Positions 49,001 through 57,232 of a DNA stretch of 64,000 bases are shown piece by piece. The DNA is from a virus: IMG/VR virus record IMGVR_UViG_3300042542_004852. One strand, 5' to 3'. Position numbers and translations under genes: made by a program. The notes beneath the pieces are model-generated. The model searched no databases. It saw only the letters and a program-made list of their open reading frames with translations, and had not been told where the DNA came from. Positions within the stretch are counted from its first letter, which is position 1; the number at the start of each line of letters is the position of its first letter.

Positions 49001-51331
49001 TTTTTCAATTTTTAAAGACCCGCTCAATTGAGCGGCACTTCTAACATCTCCTCCTGTTAAGCCTTGAATTTGTCTTACTTTTCTGCGGTTTTCTATCTCT
49101 TCATTAGAGACGCCTAAATAAGTTATTTTACCTCCAGAACGCAATGATGCATTAAGTATTGATTCAAATTTTTTACTTAATCCTGTTTCGGTTTTGCTAA
49201 GTCCAGCAGCAGATAAAATTGTAAAAGAACTAGCTCTTCTAACATCTTCAAGAGAAGAAATAAAAGTGCCTAAACTTTTGGCATAGGTGCTTTTACCTGC
49301 TCCAGAAGGAGCAACTAAAACATCTTTTTTCTTGGTTGATGCTAAAACATTTTCAAGAATTAGTTTTTTATTTTCTCCTAAAAAACGATCTGAATCATAA
49401 ATATAATTGCCAGCAAAATTAGGAACAAATCCACCAGCCGCACTAATCTTCTTTGCTCCCGCTGGCAAGCCTATGCTCTTCACCATGTCTTGATTAAAGA
49501 TGGCAGAACCGCCGCCAGCATAATTAGGAACAATGTACTCGCTTGTATTGGCAATCATTGTGCCGCGTTTGCCGCCGCCAAACGCAAAGTTTGGAATAGA
49601 AACAACTTTGGAACTTGGCGAGGCTCCACCTACGCCACGACGAACATCTGAAGCTTCTTGCGCTGGCAAGTATCCGCCAGCAGCTTTGCTTTTGCGCTGT
49701 AATCCTTCAGATGTTGCGCGGTATCCTTGAGCATAAACTGGTGAAGCGATGCCTCCAGCCACACCCTGAATAGTTTGCATAGCAGCGGCCTGTTGATTCA
49801 AAAGCCCTAAGAATTTTAACGCTTGTGCATTTTGTCCGCCCTGAGTACTTAAAATAGCGTTTGCAATACCTTGATTTCTTATCAGTGTTTGAACAATAGA
49901 TTCTTGCACCAGCTTTTGATCAGCAGCAGCTTTTCCAATACCAAAAAACGCTTTTAAGCTTTGAAGGCCAAATTTAGCTAAATCAAGAGACAGCTTACCA
50001 ATAATTGCCAAGAAAATTCCAAGACCAGGACCGCTTAATACACCACCAATACCTTTAACAAAACCCTTGGCAAAATTAGAACCAAGATCGTCTCCTTGTA
50101 AGAGACTGTTCGCGCCCTCTAAGAAAGAATTAATTCCATCTAAAAGACCGTTAAGATTATCAGTTAATCCTAATTCTCCTAATATGCTTCCTAATTGCTT
50201 ACCAGTATTAGCGACCTTATTAAGAATAGCATCAAGAGATTGATTTAATTTTTCATTAGCAACATAAGCTTCATTTGTGGCTCCTGCTGATTTTTTAGTC
50301 GCTTCAGCAGCAATGCTATTTTTTTTAGTCAAATCACCAACAAGGGCAATTAATTGGTTAATTTGGAAAGTTCCAGCTATGTCTTTAAAAATTCCACTTT
50401 GAGTAAGTTTGCTAAATCCTTGTACGTCATTAGCAAGATTTTGTAAAATCTTCGATGCTGGAAGAATTTCACCTGATAAATCTTGAACTATAATACCAAC
50501 CCCTTTTAATTTTTCTAATTTATCCACTTCTCCCAATCGGGTAAAAATAGTTTTAAGGGAGTTTCCAATTACAGCACCACCGCGAGATGTGTCAGCTTGT
50601 AAAGCAGTGACAATACCAGCCAACTCATCAAATGTGACTCCAGCCTGTTGTGCCGCAGCACCAGTTCTTTCAAAAGCTTGTATCAAGTCAGCAGAAGAAA
50701 CTTTGAAGGCTTGGTCAACCGCAGCAAGTTTATTTAAAATTCGAGAAGCTGAAAGACCTTCTCTTGCAAATGCGCTAACTGCCGCACTCAAACCTTCAAC
50801 TGATTTTGTTGTTTCTAAACCAGTAGTTCTAGTTAATATAAGGGCATCTTTTGTTCTGCTCAAAGTATCCTCTAATTTCAAACCTTGTCGAGAAAACTCT
50901 AGAGCAGCTTTGGAAACTTCACTAAAACTTTGACCAGTCTCTTTTGCAATATTAAAAAGACCTTGGCTAAGCTCTTTTGTTTTGCCAGTGAATTGATCAC
51001 CAACAACAGAGATTGCAGTAATAGCCTTCTCCACTTCAATTGTGGAGCTAACAAGACTTTTAAAAGCGTTTGTTACAGCGTTAACAACACCAACAGAAGC
51101 TCCGAAAGCAAGAACGCGAGCATTTGCAGCGTCGAGAGACTTTGTGAACTCATCTGCTTGGCCAGTTAAACGGCCAAGGGGCTGAGAAAGAGAGCTGAAT
51201 GCTTTTGCGCCACTTGCCCCGCCCAAATTAAATTTAACTTTATTAACAGCGCTTTGACAAACACCTTGTAAATAGGTAGCTGCTTGATCTGCGTTTTGAA
51301 ACTGTGCGTTAAGAGGGACATTTATAGCCAT
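43094..51331 (-). CDS. Tail tape measure protein (2745 aa) with inserted enzymatic cargo
   Basis: TP901-type N-terminal region (AKETGQSF..FSRQG...RGGAVIGNSLKTIFTR), hydrophobic segments, coiled coils, and two ASGG..GGSGTKDDVPAML.GGE.V motifs. Confidence 0.92.
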   Translation of the reverse strand: MAINVPLNAQFQNADQAATYLQGVCQSAVNKVKFNLGGASGAKAFSSLSQPLGRLTGQADEFTKSLDAANARVLAFGASVGVVNAVTNAFKSLVSSTIEVEKAITAISVVGDQFTGKTKELSQGLFNIAKETGQSFSEVSKAALEFSRQGLKLEDTLSRTKDALILTRTTGLETTKSVEGLSAAVSAFAREGLSASRILNKLAAVDQAFKVSSADLIQAFERTGAAAQQAGVTFDELAGIVTALQADTSRGGAVIGNSLKTIFTRLGEVDKLEKLKGVGIIVQDLSGEILPASKILQNLANDVQGFSKLTQSGIFKDIAGTFQINQLIALVGDLTKKNSIAAEATKKSAGATNEAYVANEKLNQSLDAILNKVANTGKQLGSILGELGLTDNLNGLLDGINSFLEGANSLLQGDDLGSNFAKGFVKGIGGVLSGPGLGIFLAIIGKLSLDLAKFGLQSLKAFFGIGKAAADQKLVQESIVQTLIRNQGIANAILSTQGGQNAQALKFLGLLNQQAAAMQTIQGVAGGIASPVYAQGYRATSEGLQRKSKAAGGYLPAQEASDVRRGVGGASPSSKVVSIPNFAFGGGKRGTMIANTSEYIVPNYAGGGSAIFNQDMVKSIGLPAGAKKISAAGGFVPNFAGNYIYDSDRFLGENKKLILENVLASTKKKDVLVAPSGAGKSTYAKSLGTFISSLEDVRRASSFTILSAAGLSKTETGLSKKFESILNASLRSGGKITYLGVSNEEIENRRKVRQIQGLTGGDVRSAAQLSGSLKIEKNNFKFIRALQKSVQLADPATSKKRFEILRSKEKVLASEDLGVEKTGDKYAMLVNDLGGARKKQLISYKPRDGERVSYLADIYGIQDIESLKNTSKLQKFNQKYSSQSLEKKYTDLALQDASDYSNDLIGKPLSPIAATQLSNKGSVPSLVGSIFESAISSALQDEELLKAQSERNSNALFDFKGVANSKFNKFFGIPNTVDFVEAKYADNDSTRESFASKIYKEQSQKNVEKLIKPTKAPGPTSQIRSEKDVLRTLQSTSASKGLFNFAIARNFEGKVSLESIEKLKKAGGIQKFNASAGYVPNFAAAALQQAIAREKSAGLSDSQIYVDQSAALKSSMNPMGLMVANRRDEPAGGFQGIARARKEGVNPKLYGAANGFVPNFAPAPIDRKAFGASLPKSVNQQLTGFANLIDEINKKLAKNKITQEDAIKELEKFVTGIQVNKNKLNTQTGAGLKAFQAAQNQLVQAPKEAKEGFADLAGKLIIAQSAMTFLTTGLEEAGGTAAKFGQSLTQVIGGLSQMYFFLSSFKGGQDILKGLGDKVSAPFKKILGAKPIAGAISGIGGRLSKIGAATTKAIPVVGQVLTAAYIANTIGEGVKGFFKKDMSVAFDRLDQSVNEVTSSLTDFGKEALNVANKGFNSRTWTEIGREITSLGLRDQVSFAGKTYENAAGNTLAEDEITKVIQSINAGYAARGINKENIAGQTEAFIQGNLSKGGARKIDLSTQENQDRLNIFLKESVIIGENIKRAKDFADAQKLSSEQTKSVINRLKENEILVASLASEYNALRDSILKIDLDTAFSKFSNKTLLELDSSLSNTAKSFGEFQNSLKEIELDTGAEKAKNLAAQLEKINTSVSEKLTSGIGSSAVDEKTLSGLKEVQDFLAKSQGSAEELVRLIQEKGLISFIDPEAAAKEYEQNKKTNLELDRQLKLKQAQAKLDFANKTLIDQRSLAEEKLTKAIEKQVKTLEKTFGLDQEILKTRREIEDTKFERSLIGLSESAKLSKQKDRVSVTRDREIQDVITDFRKTISDELSNLQSEIPDSLPFNQKRDIRNQIYNAQQSALTSPLTGENTKEQIGALQFIGQTSLNDIAKNIQDAEKKASDLAFAQTKLTADMFDVTIVGSAEKFSSIILTALAKEKIMSELKNAQEIKNGNFTDQDKALADLAIKNLQDQLDSLPQPGTSGLTPESAKRLAEIEQRRKELTEKMTEAQDENNKSTAKGTDLNQQGTLANDRATVATEKAKTATQELSQSIGEMSDVSLMLSQRIRDYFGSLPRELADLKFGALQSTNPNDLASNLIKQDVISKAPKQGGEQDLATIAAQTALREKGFELATAESATRRRELEYELKYLKEFLALKEQGATVEELADLKNKQTAEQRSGGRGFEKGLDTIQERIDNYRTTLGEEIPNLFSSNLAQGLNDAISGAKDLKTALTDAATSFFQEITRKNISNLADMVTGGLGSLANTGFSALKSAFPGGVTTKASGGFIKGGSGTKDDVPAMLMGGEYVVKKSAVNKYGKGFLDAINSGNMRGYATGGLVDPETFPTQTGRSGFFTPGDYGQGAITGKNELLTFATQSFTGGQYDYMGGFGMSGASVGLEPESARLSSFGRENSPMFERVQQSKDEAFGVYLQGLQKEKEYSQLLDQIAKDKKARKKQLQMAIISAVASTALNFAGSAMLSGAKNAIASGAKTAAAGGKTFGFGAKFMAGAKGMFTGAGGQGGLANIFKGTGTQLSDLAIARQNAMSGNIASQSVQGVMSSTLQPTITESTNLQTNNSFLKKFSLANLFSQFKGFFNKSSGPKAQGSGSDNSLLPLPSYIQQEIVPYSTDGRYNPYIKRASGGLISGGSGTKDDVPAMLTGGEFVLNNRATQRLGVQNLNKLNNGQSVGSESSSAEMTQALISKLDELIQTTSNSSQSNVVVNVSSTDQQEENPADMNERDRELQKKIRQAVLDVIAQEKRLGGSLEKSR

Positions 51332-51352
51332 ACCTTATTCCTTAAAAGGTTA

Positions 51353-52333
51353 TTACACCTTTTGTCCCATAACTTCCATCATTTGTTCCATATTTAATTG
51401 TCCATTATTTTTCTTCAACAGTTCCGAAAGCGAAACTTTCTTAGCTTCTGGATCAACAAAATCTAAATCTTCTTTTTTAGAGTTAAAGAGAGCAGTGGCA
51501 GAATTATCTTTCGCAGAGTTTGAGAGCTTTGTTTTGTTTCGGCTGCTTTCGGCGAAATCTATGAGGGCTTTTGGGTCTTTGCGAATAGAATCTGGAATCT
51601 TGTCAACGTTTTGGAAAATGTTTAAAAACATTCTGCCATAAGCAATAACTTTGAGTTGATACAGCGAAAACTTAATCAAAGGCTTGGCGAAAAAATCCCA
51701 AGGCTTCTCACAGTGGCTTAAATACAAGCTAAAACAGTCTTGTAAAACAGCATGCTGAATATTCTCGTCAGAGAATTTGTTCATGATATTGTAGTAAGAG
51801 TCCATGAGTGACGAAAGCTCACTGTTATCTAGTTCGCCAAAGTCTTCATCTGAAAAAAGCAGTTTTGTAGTTTGCTCGTCGCTGTATAGAAGATTTCTTA
51901 AAAAATCTTCGTTGGATCGGTTGTTCGCATACTCTGTGGCAGTCTTGCCTACGAGTTGTTTTTTTTGACTTTTTAATTCAAAAAGTTTAAATTTTTCTTC
52001 ATCAATTAATTTTTGATGACCTTCTTTTTGAGAAGGCAGCATCAGCTTGCTCTTTGTCTTCTCTAGGTTTTGCACGAAGCTTTCTAGCTCTAAGATTTTA
52101 TTTTCATCATCTTTGCTCCAAGTGCCATCTCTGTCTAGTCGCGCTAATACATCTTTTTCTTCTTGGATGCCTTTTGCAATGGCTCGATTTTTATGTTGTT
52201 CGAAATTATTATTTAAGAACTCTTGATCCTTTAATGAAAAATGGCGCAAAAACACGGTTTGATCTTTAAAATCAAACCGTGTGTATCCATCAAAAATCTC
52301 GTTAACAATCTCTATGTAAAGATTGTCATTCAA
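51353..52333 (-). CDS. Putative tail assembly chaperone (second gene)
   Basis: Directly upstream of the TMP; helical; TTG start overlaps the previous stop. Confidence 0.55.
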   Translation of the reverse strand: MNDNLYIEIVNEIFDGYTRFDFKDQTVFLRHFSLKDQEFLNNNFEQHKNRAIAKGIQEEKDVLARLDRDGTWSKDDENKILELESFVQNLEKTKSKLMLPSQKEGHQKLIDEEKFKLFELKSQKKQLVGKTATEYANNRSNEDFLRNLLYSDEQTTKLLFSDEDFGELDNSELSSLMDSYYNIMNKFSDENIQHAVLQDCFSLYLSHCEKPWDFFAKPLIKFSLYQLKVIAYGRMFLNIFQNVDKIPDSIRKDPKALIDFAESSRNKTKLSNSAKDNSATALFNSKKEDLDFVDPEAKKVSLSELLKKNNGQLNMEQMMEVMGQKV

Positions 52334-53154
52334 GACTTAGCTTTTTTCTTTTTTGGCGAATCTTCTTTTGGCAACTCTTCTTTTGGGGACTCTTCTTTCT
52401 GGGGAGTTTCCGAATCTCCTTTGTCTTCAAACAAGCCATCGAAATCTTCTTTATTGGAAGTTTGGTTATAAAACCAAAAAGCTGCAACATTGGAAATCTT
52501 TCGGGCGATCTCAAAATAAAGAGGGTCTTCTTGCTCTTCTTTTTGATAGTAGTCTTCGAGACGATCTTCAAAGTCTTCGCCACTAAAATATGGCTTTGGC
52601 TTGTCTTGATTCTCTTTTTGAATATAAGTGAGATTGATGATGTACCAAATAAGAAGACGATTTTGAGCCTTCATGTCGGCAGTGTGATCAAAGAGAGACT
52701 GATAAGCCATTTCAGTCTTGACAATTTGATCGCGAACCTGAGCCATCTCAAGAGAGACAGCTTCAGTTTTCTTTTTGCGATTATCGTCAGTCTTGTTGAC
52801 GGTTTCGTTTTCAGTATATTCTCTCTGTAGTTCCAAGAGCTTTTGATAGTTCTGGTAAAGAGTTTTTGCTTCTGTTTCGCTCATCAAGCCGCCAGTGTCA
52901 GAATACTTTTTGACAAGCATTGCTTTGGTAAGAATGCCTTTTTTAATGCAGCGGGACATTTCCACGCTATATTCCAAATCAGCTTCTTCGATTTGACGGC
53001 GCGAAGGCTTCTTGAGAAACACCTTGATGGGAGATTTCTCGCTTACTTTTTTAGTTACCTTCACTTCATTGCCTTGTTCGTCGTTTGAGACGGACTCAAC
53101 AGGTTTCTCGACTGTTTCATAAACAGTAAAATTGTAGATGTCTTTGAATTCCAT
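52330..53154 (-). CDS. Putative tail assembly chaperone (first gene)
   Basis: Position upstream of the TMP, charged helical sequence, AGGA SD. Confidence 0.5.
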   Translation of the reverse strand: MEFKDIYNFTVYETVEKPVESVSNDEQGNEVKVTKKVSEKSPIKVFLKKPSRRQIEEADLEYSVEMSRCIKKGILTKAMLVKKYSDTGGLMSETEAKTLYQNYQKLLELQREYTENETVNKTDDNRKKKTEAVSLEMAQVRDQIVKTEMAYQSLFDHTADMKAQNRLLIWYIINLTYIQKENQDKPKPYFSGEDFEDRLEDYYQKEEQEDPLYFEIARKISNVAAFWFYNQTSNKEDFDGLFEDKGDSETPQKEESPKEELPKEDSPKKKKAKS

Positions 53155-53169
53155 ATTCCTTGTTATATA

Positions 53170-53460
53170 TTAATCTTTAAAAACGAAACTTACAGTAAAA
53201 TTATTTAATTCTGAATCTGAGGAGCGCATAGTCTCATTGCCCAAATCTAAAATCTTTTTTCTGATATAAGACATTTTATCATCATCAAGATAGTCTCCCA
53301 TATTTAAAATGGAAGAATATTGTTCTGGCAAATTTTCACGCATTTTTTTATGGGCATCATCGTGATCCCGTTTTAGCTCTTCTACAATTCTTAAAAATTG
53401 TTTAAAAAGATGCTTAGTGTTTTCGTTATAGTGACGAGATAAGATTTTTTTTGCGTTCAT
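53170..53460 (-). CDS. Hypothetical protein
   Basis: First gene of the leftward tail operon; TATAAT and AAGG upstream. Confidence 0.65.
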   Translation of the reverse strand: MNAKKILSRHYNENTKHLFKQFLRIVEELKRDHDDAHKKMRENLPEQYSSILNMGDYLDDDKMSYIRKKILDLGNETMRSSDSELNNFTVSFVFKD

Positions 53461-53508
53461 GCCTTATACCTTTATTATAATAAAAGAAAAAGTGTAAAAA
53501 TAAATAAC

Positions 53509-53961
53509 ATGGCTGGATTTTTATCAGAAAACCAAAAAACTAACATCAAATCAATCATTGATCAAATCCACGATACTTTTGCTCGCGAGATCACTGTATT
53601 CAAAATTGGTCAAAGAACTGTAATCTCTTCTTCTGCCAATTACAACGCTCTTTATCGCCAACAGTCTTCTAATACAGAAACAACAGAAGTATCACAGACT
53701 TTTCAAGCGCGAATTAAATATGTTGAGATGAGCGAAACATTCTTGCAAGAATCTCAATCGAACTCATCTGGCCAAGATAAAATTATTCTTCCTGCGGGAA
53801 CTGTTAAAATTAAAGTAAATTTAGAAGGCTACGAATATGTTCGCGAAGCTAAGAGAGTTGAATTGGATGGGCGGCGCTTTTCCATCAAAAGCGATGGCAA
53901 ACCTCTTGGCATGTTTGGGCCGCAGTATTATGAATTTATTTTAATTCCAATGGACGAATAA
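53509..53961 (+). CDS. Putative head-closure (stopper) protein
   Basis: Beta-rich 150 aa (FQARIKY...RVELDGRRF...YYEFIL), first gene of the neck/tube block. Confidence 0.5.
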   Translation: MAGFLSENQKTNIKSIIDQIHDTFAREITVFKIGQRTVISSSANYNALYRQQSSNTETTEVSQTFQARIKYVEMSETFLQESQSNSSGQDKIILPAGTVKIKVNLEGYEYVREAKRVELDGRRFSIKSDGKPLGMFGPQYYEFILIPMDE

Positions 53962-54584
53962 TGGCAAAAAAAGTTTCTTTAAAATCTTTCGCAAAAGAAT
54001 TACAAAAATTTGTTGTTCGCGAAACTGTAAAGCAAAATCGCAAAGCTTTCCAGCAAAGAATCATAGTTGCTTTTGAAAAAATCAAAAAAGAAATGCTTGA
54101 AGAGTTTTTGGCGCATCCTGTTTCTGTTGAAATTCTTGGAGGACCAAACGCTCAAAATACCAGTGAAACTTTGGGAGGTTACGGCAATTTATTTTCTTTT
54201 ATTGGTTTTAATGAGGGAGACTCGCCGCTTCAGTCAGTGATTGACTTGATTGAATCAAGCAAGATAGAAGATGGTCGAGATACTGAATCTGGGTTTTTAA
54301 TGAAGATTTTTTTACCTTCAAAAGAGGAAGTTTTTTCTGTTACTCCTATGCCTTGGGCAAGTGGTCGCTCTTGGGCAGAAGGCATAGAGCGAGGAATATC
54401 TGGCTTTGGCTCTTATTTAAATACAGACTCAAACTTAAGTCGTTCTAGCGCAGGCGTTCAAGCGCAAAGTGTAATTAGAAAAGGTAAGTTTAAAAATACT
54501 GCATACATTTCTGCGCTATTAAGTAAATACGCCAAAAAATTCCAGCAAATCGACAAAAGCGTCGTACTCACGGGCATTCTATGA
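53961..54584 (+). CDS. Putative neck / tail-completion protein
   Basis: Basic protein between the stopper and terminator genes; GNLFSFIGF and W..GIE.G motifs. Confidence 0.45.
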   Translation: MAKKVSLKSFAKELQKFVVRETVKQNRKAFQQRIIVAFEKIKKEMLEEFLAHPVSVEILGGPNAQNTSETLGGYGNLFSFIGFNEGDSPLQSVIDLIESSKIEDGRDTESGFLMKIFLPSKEEVFSVTPMPWASGRSWAEGIERGISGFGSYLNTDSNLSRSSAGVQAQSVIRKGKFKNTAYISALLSKYAKKFQQIDKSVVLTGIL

Positions 54585-55453
54585 TTCCTCAATTTCAACA
54601 TAAACTATCATCGTCTTTTCTCTTGTGGTTTGATAATTATTTATTAACCAAAGGTCAAGCATACACCAACACAACTGGTCGTTTTTATTATTATCAAGAT
54701 GAAAGAGTTCCTAACACATACAAAGTTTTTGGCAGTCCTTATAAACAATGGGTTTCCGACTATTCTATTACTGGCGCAACAATTCCTTCTGGAGTTTTTA
54801 TTAACGGGTCATTTTCTGGCCGCGCTACTGGTTCAAACAATAGCACAAGCTCAAGAATTCTTGACTTTGACAATGGCCGCGCCTTAATTAGTGGCGCTGC
54901 AACTGGAGCAGTTGTCACAGGAGCTTTCGCCACTAAAGATTTCAGTGTTTACTATAGCAATGAAACAGAGGAAGACTTGTTGATTGAAAATAAATTCATT
55001 CCGCAAAGTAAAATAGGCACAAATCTAAGCCCCACATACGTTCAACCATACGATCAAGTTGTTCCCGCAATTTATATCTGCAACACTGCGTTCGAGAATA
55101 AGCCTTTTGCATTTGGCGGCATGGATCAAACAACTACCAATTTAAATGCAGTAGTAATCGCCGAAAATCCTTATCAACTTGATGGAGTTTTATCTATTTT
55201 TGCTGATTCAAAAAATGAGAGTATTGTTGATGTTCCTTTTGACAGTTATCCCTTTACTGAATATGGAGATTTAAAAAGCGGATATTACAACTATCAGAAT
55301 TTAAAAACCCAATATCAAAACAGCAATAAATATTTTATTGAAAGAGTTAAAACATCCAAAATGAATGACAAACCAAGAAAGTCATTAGTTAATGATTTGT
55401 ATGTTGGATTTATTGATTTTGACGTTTCTATTATGAGGTATCCTAGAATATAG
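54581..55453 (+). CDS. Putative tail terminator protein
   Basis: Immediately upstream of the tail tube; VPAIYI...PFAFGG...VIAEN..QLD...GFIDFDV. Confidence 0.5.
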   Translation: MIPQFQHKLSSSFLLWFDNYLLTKGQAYTNTTGRFYYYQDERVPNTYKVFGSPYKQWVSDYSITGATIPSGVFINGSFSGRATGSNNSTSSRILDFDNGRALISGAATGAVVTGAFATKDFSVYYSNETEEDLLIENKFIPQSKIGTNLSPTYVQPYDQVVPAIYICNTAFENKPFAFGGMDQTTTNLNAVVIAENPYQLDGVLSIFADSKNESIVDVPFDSYPFTEYGDLKSGYYNYQNLKTQYQNSNKYFIERVKTSKMNDKPRKSLVNDLYVGFIDFDVSIMRYPRI

Positions 55454-55499
55454 TTCTCATTCATCTTATTTAAATGTAAATAAAGCAAACTTTCTATTT

Positions 55500-56666
55500 A
55501 TGGCAAGAAATCGCGTAATCTATCAATCTGAAGGGCTGTTTGTAAGCAGCGGACTCTCATCTCAAACCTCTGGACAACACAAGCAATTAAAGCGTGTACA
55601 GAGCGCTAACTATAGCTTTGAAATCACTCGTCAAGACGTAAACCAATTTGGGCAGCTTGCTCGTATTGACGCTCTCGTTCTACAGTCTCCGACTGTGAGC
55701 TTGGACCTCTCATACTACCTCGCTGATGGATTCAATGAATCCGCTCTTGGTTTCTATATGCGAGGCAATGGTGCTGGTAATAAAGGCCCAGCATCCGAAG
55801 CTAACTTTGCCTCTGGACAAATGGTTAGCTCTTCTGGCGTTAACTTTTATATCGTGACTGATAGCGAAGGCATTGACCTTAACTACGATACTGGCAGCGC
55901 CAACGCTCTTGTGGGCAAAGGTGTTATTGGTATTGGCAATGGCTTCATCACCGACTATACTCTTAATGCTGCTGTTGGCGACCTACCAACAGTTTCAGTC
56001 TCCGTTGAAGGTCTTGGTTTTTGTGCTGCTACTTATGCTACAGGCGTAAGCGGAACATATACTGGCACTGGTTTTGCTGGTCCAGCCATTAATCCAGAAA
56101 ACGGAACAAAGCTTCTCTCCACTGGCGTAAACGGTTGGGTAATGCTACCTAATCCTTCAACTGGCGATGGCGTAACCGCTCTCCGCCCTGGTGACATTAC
56201 ACTAGATTTCGGCGGATTTACTGGAACAGGTTTCGGTACTCCAGCTTCTATTCTTGAAGGTGCAAATTCAATCAACATTCAAAGCGTGAGTATTTCTCTT
56301 CCAATGAGCCGCACTCCAATTGAGCGTCTTGGTAGCCGTTTCGCGTTCGCTCGCGTGACTGACTTCCCTGTAACCGCTACAATGACAGTGAATGCTCTTG
56401 TGAACGAAACACAAGCTCGTAACCTTGCTGACATGATTGATGACGGAGCCGAAAGAGACATCACTCTTACCATCAAAGCTCCTGGCACAAATACTCCTGC
56501 TGTGCAATACGCTTTTAAAGCTGCTCGTCTTGATAGCGAAAGCTACTCTTCTGACATTGGCTCTAACAAGAGTGTTGATCTTAGCTTCTCCACTCAAATT
56601 GGTGGTCCTAATGATACTGTTCACGGTATCTACTTCTCAGGTTCTTCCGACAGAGCGTTCGTCTAA
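55500..56666 (+). CDS. Major tail tube protein
   Basis: 388 aa, beta-rich, high-expression codon bias, followed by a strong terminator; internal duplication of the tube motif. Confidence 0.75.
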   Translation: MARNRVIYQSEGLFVSSGLSSQTSGQHKQLKRVQSANYSFEITRQDVNQFGQLARIDALVLQSPTVSLDLSYYLADGFNESALGFYMRGNGAGNKGPASEANFASGQMVSSSGVNFYIVTDSEGIDLNYDTGSANALVGKGVIGIGNGFITDYTLNAAVGDLPTVSVSVEGLGFCAATYATGVSGTYTGTGFAGPAINPENGTKLLSTGVNGWVMLPNPSTGDGVTALRPGDITLDFGGFTGTGFGTPASILEGANSINIQSVSISLPMSRTPIERLGSRFAFARVTDFPVTATMTVNALVNETQARNLADMIDDGAERDITLTIKAPGTNTPAVQYAFKAARLDSESYSSDIGSNKSVDLSFSTQIGGPNDTVHGIYFSGSSDRAFV

Positions 56667-56679
56667 TACTCAATAAAAT

Positions 56680-56712
56680 AAAACCCCGCTCCCAAAAGGA
56701 GCGGGGTTTTTT
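56680..56712. terminator. Bidirectional intrinsic terminator between convergent structural operons
   Basis: AAAACCCCGCTCC-caaaa-GGAGCGGGGTTTTTT with an A-tract on the left and a T-tract on the right. Confidence 0.9.
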
Positions 56713-56734
56713 GTTTACGCTTTCAATATTCGCT

Positions 56735-57232
56735 TTATAGGTAACCGCCAGGATAATAGGAGTATGGAAACCCGCTTCCAGACTGATAGCCAGCTTCAAT
56801 GCCGCCAAGTTGACGAGGTTCAGCCTTGTAGCTATTATAAGCATAAACAAGGTCTTTAAGTTTCATCTGAGAATCTGTAGATAAACCGCGATAAACTTTA
56901 CTCACTTCGTTGCGATTAACAAACGTGATTGAATTATCGCCATCAGAAACAGAAAGAATATTGTCGCCATTATTACTAGATGCCAAGATGCCGCGAAGAG
57001 CATTTCGAGCTTGGCGTGAATAAAAATTGCTTAAATAAAGCTCTTTGAAAATAGACTTCTCTTCTTCTCCCAAGGAGGGATCAGAACCACTAAAATTTGT
57101 ATAAAGCAAATTATTAAGAAGCCCTAAATTAGTCGAAAACCAACCGCTGATTTGAGTGAAAGTGGTTGTGCTAGCGTCAGAGCCAAACTCTACAGAAAAA
57201 ACTTCGTGTGCTAAATCAGAATATACGCTCAT
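56735..57232 (-). CDS. Putative head-tail adaptor
   Basis: Helical 165 aa downstream of the capsid gene; SVSDGDNSITF hairpin as in adaptor proteins. Confidence 0.5.
   Translation of the reverse strand: MSVYSDLAHEVFSVEFGSDASTTTFTQISGWFSTNLGLLNNLLYTNFSGSDPSLGEEEKSIFKELYLSNFYSRQARNALRGILASSNNGDNILSVSDGDNSITFVNRNEVSKVYRGLSTDSQMKLKDLVYAYNSYKAEPRQLGGIEAGYQSGSGFPYSYYPGGYL

Noticed and set aside
52330-52360. Lambda G/GT-type -1 frameshift at an in-phase A_AAA_AAG at the end of the first tail chaperone gene
   Set aside because: The downstream gene is in the -1 frame, but that frame reads AAA AAA GAA AAA AGC TAA and stops before its TTG start, so no fusion results.
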